Shown: positions 1 to 9,522 of the stretch, piece after piece
Position numbering within the stretch: position 1 is the stretch's first letter
Layout: every line of letters starts with the position of its first letter
Assembly (NCBI GenBank): GCA_025055435.1
Contig: JANWWN010000012.1
Span: 212-64,211, forward strand
DNA from: Cyclobacteriaceae bacterium
Lineage (GTDB): Bacteria; Bacteroidota; Bacteroidia; Cytophagales; Cyclobacteriaceae
Length of the DNA stretch: 64,000 bases
Direction: 5' to 3'
Translations under genes and position numbers: made by a program
The notes under the pieces: model-generated
What the model saw: only the letters and a program-made list of their open reading frames with translations
The model's database searches: none
What the model was told of the DNA's origin: nothing

Positions 1-2
1 GC

Positions 3-161
3 GCAGGCGTTTCACCCAGACAGATTACCGCATCCGGAAGAGGTGAATATAGTCCGCTGGCCCCGAACGACACACCGGCCAACCGGCAAAAAAACCGGCG
101 CACGGAAATTATCATTACACCTAATCTCGATGAACTATTTAAAATACTTGAGACCAATTAA
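3..161 (+). CDS. OmpA/MotB-family peptidoglycan-binding protein, C-terminal fragment (5' end lies outside the window)
   Basis: Frame +3 is open from the window edge and reads ...ASGRGEYSPLAPNDTPANRQKNRRTEIIITPNLDELFKILETN*. NRRTEI is the typical OmpA_C-like motif. Too short and truncated to appear in the ORF track. Confidence 0.6.
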   Translation, partial: AGVSPRQITASGRGEYSPLAPNDTPANRQKNRRTEIIITPNLDELFKILETN

Positions 162-172
162 ACCCTCTTAGT

Positions 173-349
173 ATGATACGCTTTGCTACAGTTATTGCTG
201 CCCTTATCATGGTTCTTGCAGTGTATGATGTATGGAAGCGGGAGCCCAGTATGGAGAAAAGGTTGTTATGGACGGCTTTGATCATCATTTTGCCGTTATT
301 TGGTGCGGTAGCCTGGCTGGGTATAAGCCGTGGATACATCAAACTGTAA
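173..349 (+). CDS. small membrane protein, PLD-nuclease N-terminal (PLDc_N)-like, 58 aa
   Basis: ATG at 173. Translation is MIRFATVIAALIMVLAVYDVWKREPSMEKRLLWTALIIILPLFGAVAWLGISRGYIKL*: two hydrophobic helices with the W-x-LIIxxLPxxG pattern of PLDc_N mini-proteins. Below the 60-aa ORF-track cutoff. Followed by a strong hairpin. Confidence 0.6.
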   Translation: MIRFATVIAALIMVLAVYDVWKREPSMEKRLLWTALIIILPLFGAVAWLGISRGYIKL

Positions 350-353
350 ACTA

Positions 354-380
354 AAAACCCCGGAGGTTATCCGGGGTTTT
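354..380. terminator. bidirectional intrinsic terminator hairpin between convergent genes
   Basis: aaaaccccgg (354-363) pairs with ccggggtttt (371-380), giving a 10-bp stem and 7-nt loop. A-run and T-run flanks suit both strands. Confidence 0.7.
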
Positions 381-397
381 ATGTGTTTTTAAGTTGG

Positions 398-3300
398 TTA
401 ATCTTTCAGAATAACCGCATCGATACTTCTGGATTTGATCAACGCGTTGAAGGCAGGAATTTCTTCTTTGAAGATTTTATCCAGTGCCCTGAGTTGTTCA
501 TCAATCTGTGCAGTGAGCTCGTTTTTAACTGCAATCATCTGATCGGTAGGACGGAAGTTGCCCTGACCGGCCAGTGAATTCAGGTGAGCCAGTTTGTTGT
601 TGAGTCGTATCGGGAAGTTGAGCGGATCCTGATTGCTGCGGTTTTTGGTTTGATAAAGCGTTTCTTCAATACTTCGCATCGCATCCTGAATGCTTTTTGC
701 TTTATCGAGCACATCTTTCATGGCATCTTTCTGGTCCTTAATCGGATCGATGGCCCGGTTAATCTGTTCACGTGCCTGCCTTATTTTCCGAATGGCAATG
801 TGCGTTTCGCTTACCTTAGCCAGCACCTCCTGTTGGAAATTGAATTGTGCTTTCAGGTCGTCATCGCTTCCGGTACTGCGCGGGTCTTTTAAAATTTCAA
901 ATTCGGTTTCCATGCTTTTTCCATTCACTGTTAGGCGCACTTTATAGGTTCCGGGAAGCGCACGTGGCCCGTTAAGTGAAGAAGCCCACAGTACCAATCC
1001 GTCAAAGCGCTCGGCATCGGGGTAGCGCATGTTCCATACAAAGCGGTTCATGCCCGGCTTGCTTAGCGTAAGTTTTTCTTCTTTCGCCCGTGTGTTGGGT
1101 TTGGTGGAATATTTTTTAATCAGTTTTCCATTCATTTCGAGAAACTCCAGGCTTACCTCGGCTTTGGTGGTGTCTTTCAGGTAATAATGAACCATAACTC
1201 CGCCGGGGTGATTCTGGCCTGCATTTTTAGGCGGGCGTCCGAAGGAAAAGCCCGGACCCATCCGGTAACTGGGCATGGGCTTAAACAGGTGAAAATCGCT
1301 TTTCGCAATCTGGTCGTTTAGCTGATGCAGCGGTGTTAGGTCGTCAATAAGCCAGAAACTGCGACCCTGGGTTGCAGCAATCAGGTTGTCATTCTTGATT
1401 GCTAAATCAGTGATGGGCACGATAGGCAGGTTTAGTTGAAACGACTGCCAGCTTGCACCGTCATCAAACGAAATATACATGCCCGATTCAGTGCCGGCAT
1501 ATAACAAGCCTTTGCGCTTGGGGTCGGCACGCAGCACGCGTGTGAAGTGCCCGGGATTAATTCCATTTGTAATTTTTGTCCAGGTTTTACCGTAATCTTT
1601 CGATTTATACAGATAGGGTTGATAATCGCCCAGTTTATAGCGAGTTCCGGCTATGTAAATTCCGCCTTTGGTAAACGGGTCAAATTCCACGCTGTTAATC
1701 ATCATCCATTCGGGCATATCTTTAGGGGTTATCTCTTTCCATTCTTTTCCGCCATCGGTGGTTGCGTAAACCAGTCCGTCATCCGAGCCGGTAACGATAA
1801 AATCTTTTTCATAAGGCGACTCGGCTGCGGCAAAAATGGTGCAGTAATACTCAACACTCGTATTGTCTTTGGTAATCGGACCACCCGATGGCCCTAACTT
1901 GGTTTTATCGTTACGTGTTAAATCAGGACTGATGATTTCCCACGACTGACCTCCATTGTAGCTGACATGAACGTGGTTAGATGTGGTGTATAGTTTTTTG
2001 GGATTGTGGGGAGAAAAGAAAATCGGGAAGTTCCATTGAAAGCGATATTTTGCTCCTTCGGCTCCATGACCCATCGGGTTATCAGGCCAAACATTAACGG
2101 CCCGGCTTTCTTTGGTGCGGTGGTTTTGTACTTCCAACAATCCGCCATAACTGCCTCCGTACACAATGTCGTTGTCGGTAGGATCGGGAGCCAGAAAGCC
2201 GCTTTCACCGCCTGCCGTTTCTTCCCAGTCGGCTTCGGTAATTGCCATTCCATCCGTACGGTGATAGATGCGAAGTGTGGTGTTATCCTGTTGTGCTCCG
2301 TAAATACGATAAGGAAAAGCATTATCTGTGGTTACGCGATAGAATTGTGCGGTGGGCTGGTTCATGTAGGTAGTCCAGTTTTCACCTCCGTCAAAACTTA
2401 CCTGCGCCCCGCCGTCATCGGCAATAATCATACGTTGATTGTCTTCAGGAGCAATCCATAAATCGTGGTGATCGCCATGCGGTGCATTAAAGGACTGGAA
2501 GGTGCGGCCTCCATCTTTGGAACGGTGATAGGATACGTTTACCACGTACACTATGTCTTCATCTTTTGTATCAGCATAAATTCTCGTGTAATACCATGCA
2601 CGCTGGCGCATGGCGCGGTCATCGTTCATTTTGCGCCAGGTTTCTCCGGCATCATCGCTGCGGTAAACACCTCCGTTTTCATTTTCAATAATGGCATATA
2701 CCCGATTTGAATTAACGGGCGATACGCTAACACCTGCAATACCCCATATGCCTTTAGGTAAGCCCGGTTTTGAAGAAATGTTGGTCCAGGTTTCACCTGC
2801 ATCGGTGCTTTTCCACATGGCCGAACCTTCGCCTCCGCTTTCCAGACTGTAGGGGGTTCTGCGTACACGCCACGTGGTAGCGTATAAAATGCGCGGGTTG
2901 TTAGGGTCGAAACACAAGTCAACAGCCCCGGCATCGGCATTGGCAAACAACACGCGCTTCCAGGTTTTGCCTCCGTCAGTTGATTTATAAACACCACGTT
3001 CCTGTGATGATTTGAATAGGTCACCCAGAACAGCTGCATAAACAATGTCGGGATTCTGAGGGTGGATGCGAACACGCGGAATATGTCGCGATTCATTCAG
3101 GCCAATGTTAACCCAGGTTTTTCCGGCGTCAACCGATTTCCACATACCATATCCGTATGACACATTGCCGCGAACGGTTTTTTCGCCACCACCTACATAA
3201 ATTACGTTCGGGTCTGATTCGCTTACGGCTACTGCTCCAATCGAACCACCAAAAAAGCCATCGGAAATATTTTCCCAGGTTTGACCGCCGTCAGTGGTAC

Positions 3301-3535
3301 GCCACACACCACCTCCGGTGGCACCGAAATAGTAGAGCAAAGGTTTTCCCGGAACACCGGTTACTGCCGCACTGCGACCTCCTCGGAACGGACCAATACT
3401 TCGCCACTCAAGTGCCTGATAAAGTTTCTGATCGTACGAAACGGTAGGCGAAGACGGAGCTGCCTGCCGTCGCTGTCCATAGCCGGGCTGAAACACCCAC
3501 ACCAATAGAATAAAACAGAAGTATAATTTCTTCAT
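398..3535 (-). CDS. secreted BNR (Asp-box) repeat protein, sortilin/VPS10-like
   Basis: 1045-aa ORF with signal peptide MKKLYFCFILLVWVFQPGYGQ. At least 10 Asp-box motifs (S/T-x-D-x-G-x-T/S-W), e.g. TTDGGQTWENI, SVDAGKTWVNI, STDGGKTWKRV, SKDYGKTWTKI, SFDDGASWQSF. Confidence 0.85.
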   Translation of the reverse strand: MKKLYFCFILLVWVFQPGYGQRRQAAPSSPTVSYDQKLYQALEWRSIGPFRGGRSAAVTGVPGKPLLYYFGATGGGVWRTTDGGQTWENISDGFFGGSIGAVAVSESDPNVIYVGGGEKTVRGNVSYGYGMWKSVDAGKTWVNIGLNESRHIPRVRIHPQNPDIVYAAVLGDLFKSSQERGVYKSTDGGKTWKRVLFANADAGAVDLCFDPNNPRILYATTWRVRRTPYSLESGGEGSAMWKSTDAGETWTNISSKPGLPKGIWGIAGVSVSPVNSNRVYAIIENENGGVYRSDDAGETWRKMNDDRAMRQRAWYYTRIYADTKDEDIVYVVNVSYHRSKDGGRTFQSFNAPHGDHHDLWIAPEDNQRMIIADDGGAQVSFDGGENWTTYMNQPTAQFYRVTTDNAFPYRIYGAQQDNTTLRIYHRTDGMAITEADWEETAGGESGFLAPDPTDNDIVYGGSYGGLLEVQNHRTKESRAVNVWPDNPMGHGAEGAKYRFQWNFPIFFSPHNPKKLYTTSNHVHVSYNGGQSWEIISPDLTRNDKTKLGPSGGPITKDNTSVEYYCTIFAAAESPYEKDFIVTGSDDGLVYATTDGGKEWKEITPKDMPEWMMINSVEFDPFTKGGIYIAGTRYKLGDYQPYLYKSKDYGKTWTKITNGINPGHFTRVLRADPKRKGLLYAGTESGMYISFDDGASWQSFQLNLPIVPITDLAIKNDNLIAATQGRSFWLIDDLTPLHQLNDQIAKSDFHLFKPMPSYRMGPGFSFGRPPKNAGQNHPGGVMVHYYLKDTTKAEVSLEFLEMNGKLIKKYSTKPNTRAKEEKLTLSKPGMNRFVWNMRYPDAERFDGLVLWASSLNGPRALPGTYKVRLTVNGKSMETEFEILKDPRSTGSDDDLKAQFNFQQEVLAKVSETHIAIRKIRQAREQINRAIDPIKDQKDAMKDVLDKAKSIQDAMRSIEETLYQTKNRSNQDPLNFPIRLNNKLAHLNSLAGQGNFRPTDQMIAVKNELTAQIDEQLRALDKIFKEEIPAFNALIKSRSIDAVILKD

Positions 3536-3666
3536 AGGTTAAGAGGTTAAGAAATTACCAGCATATTAAGCCGTAGCGTTCAAAACCCATTGTACTTTTC
3601 CTTTAATGGTATTTAAACGGTATTTGCTGTTTCCCGCAATAGCTCTATTTTGAGGGCTGTTTCATT

Positions 3667-4890
3667 ATGCAGAAAGACGACTGGCGAAAGTTGTTCAGTA
3701 TTCCGGTTATTGTTGCTGCGCTGGGATACTTTGTGGATATCTATGACCTGTTGCTTTTCAGTATTGTAAGAATTCCCAGTCTGGCTGCATTAGGTGTTCC
3801 GCAGGAAGCCCGCTTTGAAGAAGGAGAGTTTTTACTTCGCGTACAAATGACCGGTTTGCTGGTGGGTGGTGTAATCTGGGGTATCATGGGTGATAAACGC
3901 GGGCGGTTGTCGGTGCTGTTTGGCTCCATACTTTTATACTCTCTGGCCAATATTGCCAACGGTTTTGTAACATCGGTAGAGCAATACGCCTGGTTGCGAT
4001 TTATTGCCGGAATCGGATTGGCCGGTGAACTGGGAGCAGGCATAACATTGGTTTCAGAAGTTTTGCCGGCACGGCTTCGCGGTTACGGTACGACGTTAGT
4101 TGCAAGTGTGGGTTTACTAGGGGCGGTGCTGGCGAATTTCATAGCGCGCATATTCGACTGGCAGGTTTCGTACTGGATTGGCGGAGGGTTGGGTCTGCTG
4201 CTGTTAATAACACGAATCAGTGTATTTGAGTCGGGCATGTTTTTGCAGATGCGCCAACAACATGTTCAGCGCGGAAATTTTCTGCAACTGTTTAATCATC
4301 CCGATAGGTTCAAACGATTCATTAATTGCATTCTGATTGGTTTGCCCATTTGGTTTACTATCGGCATACTAATCACTTTCTCTCCTGAGTTTGCATCGTA
4401 TCTGGGATTTCCTCAGCCGGTATTGGCCGGAGATGCGGTGATGTTCAGTTATCTGGGTTTGGTTGGAGGCGATTTAAGCAGTGGAGTTTTCAGTCAGTGG
4501 GTGCGCTCACGCAGGAAAGTGGTGTTTGTCTATATTCTGTTAACCATGGCATTCATCGTGCTTTACCTTACGGCACCGGTTAAAACCACTTTCTTCTTTT
4601 TCTTTACCTGTTTCCTGCTGGGATTTGGTGTAGGATACTGGGCTTTGTTTGTTACCATTGCGGCCGAGCAATTTGGAACCAACCTGCGCTCTACGGTAGC
4701 TACTTCTGTTCCTAACTTTATTCGCGGTACGGTGGTGCCGCTGACGTTGATATTTCAGACGTTACGCGAAAGTTACGGAATAGTTAAGGGAGCATTAATA
4801 GTAGGAACAGGTACCATACTCATTGCGCTCATTTCGCTTCATTTTTTGTCGGAAACTTTTGGTCGCGATTTGAATTTTGTTGAAGAATAA
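3667..4890 (+). CDS. MFS transporter
   Basis: 407 aa with about 12 hydrophobic segments and the MFS loop-2/3 signature GDKRGRLSV. Confidence 0.85.
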   Translation: MQKDDWRKLFSIPVIVAALGYFVDIYDLLLFSIVRIPSLAALGVPQEARFEEGEFLLRVQMTGLLVGGVIWGIMGDKRGRLSVLFGSILLYSLANIANGFVTSVEQYAWLRFIAGIGLAGELGAGITLVSEVLPARLRGYGTTLVASVGLLGAVLANFIARIFDWQVSYWIGGGLGLLLLITRISVFESGMFLQMRQQHVQRGNFLQLFNHPDRFKRFINCILIGLPIWFTIGILITFSPEFASYLGFPQPVLAGDAVMFSYLGLVGGDLSSGVFSQWVRSRRKVVFVYILLTMAFIVLYLTAPVKTTFFFFFTCFLLGFGVGYWALFVTIAAEQFGTNLRSTVATSVPNFIRGTVVPLTLIFQTLRESYGIVKGALIVGTGTILIALISLHFLSETFGRDLNFVEE

Positions 4891-4947
4891 CGGTGGTTTT
4901 TAAGCCTGCAGATTCGTGTTAACTTTGCGGTCCAAAACCGGTTAACC

Positions 4948-7002
4948 GTGCGCGCAACGTTCTTACTTTCCCTGTTATTAACGTTTCTAACTGCTTTTTC
5001 CCAGCAAATTTCCCGGATTGACAGCCTGCGCAAAGCGTTGAAATCGGCTTCCCTGCGTGAGCAATTCGATATTTTGAATGATATTGGCTTCGCCTACCGG
5101 CTTTCTTATCCCGACAGCACCATCTGGTACTGTACACGTGCCTTTGAAATAGGTCAGGAACTCAAATTGAATAAAGATTTATCAAAGCCGTTGAGTTTCA
5201 TTGGCCTTGCCAAGGCTTATAAGGGCGACTTTAAATCATCCTTCGATTATCATATTCGGGCCATCGAAGTTGCGCGCGAACAGAACGACACCATTCAACT
5301 GGCATACGGTTACAACAATTTCGGAAGGCTGTTTTTTGATCAGGGTGATTATGAACGCGCTTTTAAAAACCTGATTGAGGCGCTTCAGCTTTTTGAAAAA
5401 AAGAATGATGCCACCGGTTTGGCTTATGTGTACCGCAGCCTCTCGCATATCTATAAATCGCAAAATGATTTCGAGAAAGCACTCGATATGTCGCTGAAAG
5501 CTTACAACCTGCGTAAAAAAGTGGGCGAGCCTCGTACCCTGCTTTCATCTTTAATGGAACTGGGTTTGGTGTACAGCGAGCTGAAAAATTTCAATGAGGC
5601 CGAAAAATGCTTTCGCGGTGCCGATTCGATAGCTGTGAAAATTAAAGATCAGGTAAGCCAGACGGAAGTCCGGTTGAATTGGGCGGAATTTCTGATGCGG
5701 AATAATCAACTGCAAAAGGCCGATGAAATGGCCGAGCTGGCATATCAGCAGGTTTTGTCAACTAATAACACCCGTTTACGTCCACGTGCTGAATTGCTGA
5801 TGGGTATGATTGATTATCACCTGAAACGATATGATGAGGCGGAAAAGTATCTGCTTGCCGTGTTAAATATTGATCCGAACATTCATCTCCATCTGCAACG
5901 CGATGCCAATTATTATTTGAGCAAAATCATGGAGCAGCGTGGTAAAATTGCCGAGGCCAATCGGTACACCAACCAATATTTAATTCTGAAAGAAAAACTA
6001 ACCAATGTTGACCTTGCCCGACAAATTGAAAAACTTCAGTTTCAACTGGAAATGGAAAAAAAGGAAAGCGAAAACAGTTTGCTGAAGGCTAATGAGGCAC
6101 GTAATCAGTCCATCATCCGGGCGCAGCGAATTCAAAATATTACGCTTATCATCATTATTATACTTACTTCGGTACTTATTCTCGTGTTATGGTATAACAA
6201 TAAAAAGCGCAGGGAGGCAACTGAACAGTTGGTAAAGCAAAACCTGGAAATTAAAAAACAGCGCGAAGAAATTTTACGGCAGAACGAACAGCTGGCGCGC
6301 CATGTCGAAGAGCTCGAACAGCTTAATCACGAAAAGGACACCCTGATGAATATTGTGGCACACGATTTAAAATCGCCACTGAACCGCATTAAAGGGTTGA
6401 CCGATCTGATTTTAATAGAAGGTCCGCTGAACGACACCCAGAAAAGATACATCGAACTGATACGCAATGCTACACGCGGAGGCCTGGATTTGATAACCGA
6501 CCTGCTCGATGTAAATGCCCTCGATGTTAACCGGGAACCGGAAATACAAAAAGTTGACTTGCCGGATCTGCTACGCGACCGCGTTTCGGCATTTCAACAG
6601 GCTGCCAACGCCAAAAACATCACCCTCAATATCAAGGTTAATCCTGTTAGTGTTATGGCGGATCGCGATTACCTGACGCGTATTGCCGATAACCTGTTGT
6701 CGAATGCGATTAAATTCTCACCCTATAATTCCACCGTTACCATAGAAGCCGGACAGCAACATCAGATCCCTTATTTCAGCATTCAGGATAATGGTCCGGG
6801 ATTTACGGAAGAAGACCGGAAATTCTTGTTTCAGAAGTTTAAAAAGCTCAGTGCCCGGCCTACAGGCGGTGAAAGTTCGAACGGTCTGGGTCTTGCCATC
6901 GTTAAAATTCTGGCCGATCGCCTGAAAGCCGCAGTCGAATTGGACAGTGCTCCGCTTAAAGGAAGCCGCTTTACAATTAAATTTTACGAACAGGCGTATT
7001 AA
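4948..7002 (+). CDS. TPR-repeat sensor histidine kinase (signal peptide, TPR sensor region, one TM, coiled coil, HisKA, HATPase_c)
   Basis: GTG start. N-terminal signal MRATFLLSLLLTFLTAFSQ. TPR-like repeats (AYGYNNFGRLFFDQGDYERAF...). TM segment ITLIIIIILTSVLILVLWY. H-box NIVAHDLKSPLN. N/G boxes LLSNAIKFSP and QDNGPGF...GLGLAIV. Confidence 0.9.
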   Translation: MRATFLLSLLLTFLTAFSQQISRIDSLRKALKSASLREQFDILNDIGFAYRLSYPDSTIWYCTRAFEIGQELKLNKDLSKPLSFIGLAKAYKGDFKSSFDYHIRAIEVAREQNDTIQLAYGYNNFGRLFFDQGDYERAFKNLIEALQLFEKKNDATGLAYVYRSLSHIYKSQNDFEKALDMSLKAYNLRKKVGEPRTLLSSLMELGLVYSELKNFNEAEKCFRGADSIAVKIKDQVSQTEVRLNWAEFLMRNNQLQKADEMAELAYQQVLSTNNTRLRPRAELLMGMIDYHLKRYDEAEKYLLAVLNIDPNIHLHLQRDANYYLSKIMEQRGKIAEANRYTNQYLILKEKLTNVDLARQIEKLQFQLEMEKKESENSLLKANEARNQSIIRAQRIQNITLIIIIILTSVLILVLWYNNKKRREATEQLVKQNLEIKKQREEILRQNEQLARHVEELEQLNHEKDTLMNIVAHDLKSPLNRIKGLTDLILIEGPLNDTQKRYIELIRNATRGGLDLITDLLDVNALDVNREPEIQKVDLPDLLRDRVSAFQQAANAKNITLNIKVNPVSVMADRDYLTRIADNLLSNAIKFSPYNSTVTIEAGQQHQIPYFSIQDNGPGFTEEDRKFLFQKFKKLSARPTGGESSNGLGLAIVKILADRLKAAVELDSAPLKGSRFTIKFYEQAY

Positions 7003-7048
7003 ACTTTTCCTGTTCCTGCGCATCTAAGTAGTGATTAAATTAATAAGT

Positions 7049-7369
7049 ATGAAAAAAATCACGTTGCTATCAACATTTTTAGTGTTAGTTTTAGCCTTTA
7101 CCGTTCGCGCTCAAAATCAAACACCCCGTGCTGATGCCCGGCAAAAAGCCCAGCGTGCCCGTATAGCCGAAGGTCGCACGAGCGGAGAGATAACACCCGG
7201 AGAAGGTGCTGCGCTCAATAAACAACAACGACATATTCGCAGGGTAGAGCGCCGCTCGAAAGCCGATGGCCAGGTGTCGCCTGCAGAAAAAGTGCGCATT
7301 GAACGTAAGCAGGATCGTGCCAGCCGCAACATACGCAGGGCAAAGCACAACAAACGCGACAGGGATTAA
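7049..7369 (+). CDS. secreted, highly basic small protein with a two-fold internal repeat (function unknown)
   Basis: ATG at 7049 gives signal peptide MKKITLLSTFLVLVLAFTVRAQ; the GTG at 7031 is an upstream alternative. The mature part is Arg/Lys/Gln rich, with repeat SGEITPGEGAALNKQQRHIRRVERRSK / DGQVSPAEKVRIERKQDRASRNIRRAKH. Confidence 0.6.
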   Translation: MKKITLLSTFLVLVLAFTVRAQNQTPRADARQKAQRARIAEGRTSGEITPGEGAALNKQQRHIRRVERRSKADGQVSPAEKVRIERKQDRASRNIRRAKHNKRDRD

Positions 7370-7379
7370 ACGAATATTA

Positions 7380-7419
7380 AATGATTCAGAAGTTCAGGAA
7401 GATGAACTTCTGAATCATT
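7380..7419. terminator. bidirectional terminator hairpin (17-bp perfect stem)
   Basis: aatgattcagaagttca (7380-7396) pairs with tgaacttctgaatcatt (7403-7419), loop ggaaga. It sits between the convergent stops at 7369 and 7420. Confidence 0.7.
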
Positions 7420-8565
7420 TTAAACCTGATCCAAAGCCTGTTTCAGGTCGTCAATTAAATCTTCGGCATCTTCAATACCGATACTCAACCGGATAAGTGT
7501 GTCGGTAAGCCCGTTTTTGATGCGTTCTTCACGCGGTATGCTGGCGTGTGTCATTGAAGCCGGGTGGTTGATGAGCGATTCCACACCTCCAAGTGACTCG
7601 GCCAGTGAAAAAACTTTCACCTGTTTCATAACGGTTTTCGCTTTTTCCACGTCATCATCTTTCAGTGTAAACGATAACATGCCGCCAAAGTCGCGCATCT
7701 GCCGGCGGGCAACTTCATGATTCGGGTGGGAAGGGAAGCCGGGCCAGTACACCTTTCCGACTTTCGGGTGCGATTGAAGATACTCTGCGATCTTTCTTCC
7801 GTTCAGACAGTGACGTTCCATACGTAAGTGTAACGTTTTGATTCCGCGCAGCACAAGAAAGCAATCCTGAGGTCCCGGTACCGCTCCGCACGAGTTCTGA
7901 ATAAATGCCAGTTCCTGATGCAGCTTTTCATCGTTGGTCACCAATGCGCCCATAATAACGTCCGAGTGCCCGCTGAGGTACTTGGTTACCGAATGCATAA
8001 CAATGTCTGCACCTAAATCGAGCGGGTTTTGCAGATAAGGCGAGGCAAAGGTATTGTCCACGGCAACCAGCAGGTTGTGTTGTTTGGCGATTTGTGTGCA
8101 GGCGGCAATGTCCACGATGTTCATCAGCGGGTTAGTGGGTGTTTCCAGCCAGATAAGCCGGGTTTTGTTGTTGATGTGATTTTTTATGTTTTCGGCCTGA
8201 GTAAGGTCAATAAAATGAAAGCGGATGCCAAGGCGTTCATACACCCGCTTAAACATGCGGTACGATCCTCCATAGAGGTCATTACCGGTAATCACTTCAT
8301 CACCGGCATTCAGCAATTTGATAACTGTATCGGTGGCGCCCATGCCGGAGGAAAAGCAAAGCGCAAACCGGCCGTTCTCCAAAGCGGCTATACTTTTTTG
8401 CAAGGCTGCGCGTGTAGGATTGGCACCGCGGGCATAGGCATAGCCTTTGTGTTTGGCCGGCTCTTCCTGCACGTAAGTGGAGGTTTGGTAAATGGGCGTC
8501 ATAATGGCACCGGTTGACGGGTCGGGTTCCACGCCCGCATGAACGGCTTTGGTTCCGAATTTCAT
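7420..8565 (-). CDS. PLP-dependent trans-sulfuration enzyme (cystathionine gamma-synthase / gamma-lyase / beta-lyase family)
   Basis: 381 aa. N-terminus MKFGTKAVHAGVEPDPSTGAIMTPIYQTSTY. PLP-lysine region HSVTKYLSGHSD. C-terminus LIRLSIGIEDAEDLIDDL is typical of Cys/Met-metabolism PLP enzymes. Confidence 0.9.
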   Translation of the reverse strand: MKFGTKAVHAGVEPDPSTGAIMTPIYQTSTYVQEEPAKHKGYAYARGANPTRAALQKSIAALENGRFALCFSSGMGATDTVIKLLNAGDEVITGNDLYGGSYRMFKRVYERLGIRFHFIDLTQAENIKNHINNKTRLIWLETPTNPLMNIVDIAACTQIAKQHNLLVAVDNTFASPYLQNPLDLGADIVMHSVTKYLSGHSDVIMGALVTNDEKLHQELAFIQNSCGAVPGPQDCFLVLRGIKTLHLRMERHCLNGRKIAEYLQSHPKVGKVYWPGFPSHPNHEVARRQMRDFGGMLSFTLKDDDVEKAKTVMKQVKVFSLAESLGGVESLINHPASMTHASIPREERIKNGLTDTLIRLSIGIEDAEDLIDDLKQALDQV

Positions 8566-8583
8566 TTGGCTATCAGTTTATTT

Positions 8584-8904
8584 TCAGGATTTGGATTTCC
8601 AGTAATTCAGTACAGCTTCTTTCCAGTTTTCCGGATGTTTGAGATACAGCGCCGTGTTGATAAGTAAAGTGTTTTCAGGAAACTTTGAAGCAGCAGCAGC
8701 TTCGATAACAGTATCCAGAAACTGTTGGCGGTCGGTTTCAGCCAGTTGAGTGAGTTGTTGTATCAGGTCTTGGCGCGGTTGTCCTTGAGGTACTTCGATT
8801 TCCTGCGGAATTCGCTCACTAAGCGGTGTGGGCGTTACCAGCGAAGAAGCCTGCTGCCGCAGAAATAGATCAAGATCTTTTAAAGGATTTTTATTCCGGC
8901 TCAT
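8584..8904 (-). CDS. hypothetical 106-aa protein, candidate partner of the upstream ParA-like ATPase
   Basis: Its ATG overlaps the ParA-like stop (ATGA at 8901-8904). Basic N-terminus MSRNKNPLKDLDLFLRQ, Q/E-rich middle, helical C-terminus. I recognise no family. Confidence 0.55.
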   Translation of the reverse strand: MSRNKNPLKDLDLFLRQQASSLVTPTPLSERIPQEIEVPQGQPRQDLIQQLTQLAETDRQQFLDTVIEAAAASKFPENTLLINTALYLKHPENWKEAVLNYWKSKS

Positions 8905-9521
8905 ACATGTTTCAGCATTTCATTCATTACCGGCTCATACTCCGGTTCGGCCGAGAGGGTGCTGAAATTTACAAAAACATTTTTCTGCGGCACCATCACA
9001 TCCAGCAAAATGGCATCCAGGTTGCCAAGGGTTTCATGAATGGTTTTCATTCGCGTGAAACTGTGGATGCGGTTAGGCAAAACCATGATTTTCAGTTTCG
9101 GATTTAACGCACGCGCAGGTGCCAGATCAGTGATGGTTTGGTAAGTTACCAGTAAATCATTTTGTGTCAGGCTGGTGGGCACCACAACGGCATCGCTCAC
9201 CAGGCAAAGTTTTTTTATACCTTCATCAGTGGTTTTTCCGGCACTATCCACGATAATAAAATCCAGATTGGAGCTTTGTTTAATCCGCATCAGTTCGTCA
9301 GCCACCTGATTATCGTTCGAACCCAGGATTTCAAAAGCATGATCGGGAGTTTCTGCTTTCAGTTTCTCCATCTGCCGAAGTGTAGTAAGCGTGTAGTTAG
9401 TATCAGTTTCCACCAAAATCACCCTTTTTCCCGAACGGTGAAGGGCAGTGGCCAGGTTGATGGCGTTGGTGGTTTTGCCGGTTCCGCCTTTGCGGCTGAT
9501 GAAGGAAATGATTTTTGCCAT
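8901..9521 (-). CDS. ParA/MinD-family P-loop ATPase (orphan; no ParB or parS seen)
   Basis: Deviant Walker A in MAKIISFISRKGGTGKTTNAINLA. Walker A' ILVETD. Walker B DFIIVDSAG. Start chosen at ATG 9521, one nt downstream of the E2 stop (9523-9525); the ORF track extends to 9542. Confidence 0.85.
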   Translation of the reverse strand: MAKIISFISRKGGTGKTTNAINLATALHRSGKRVILVETDTNYTLTTLRQMEKLKAETPDHAFEILGSNDNQVADELMRIKQSSNLDFIIVDSAGKTTDEGIKKLCLVSDAVVVPTSLTQNDLLVTYQTITDLAPARALNPKLKIMVLPNRIHSFTRMKTIHETLGNLDAILLDVMVPQKNVFVNFSTLSAEPEYEPVMNEMLKHV

Positions 9522-9522
9522 G

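Noticed and set aside
139-342. 67-aa minus-strand ORF in the track
   Set aside because: It is antisense to a much more protein-like plus-strand 58-aa PLDc_N-type membrane ORF (173-349), which is followed by a terminator. It is most likely a shadow ORF.
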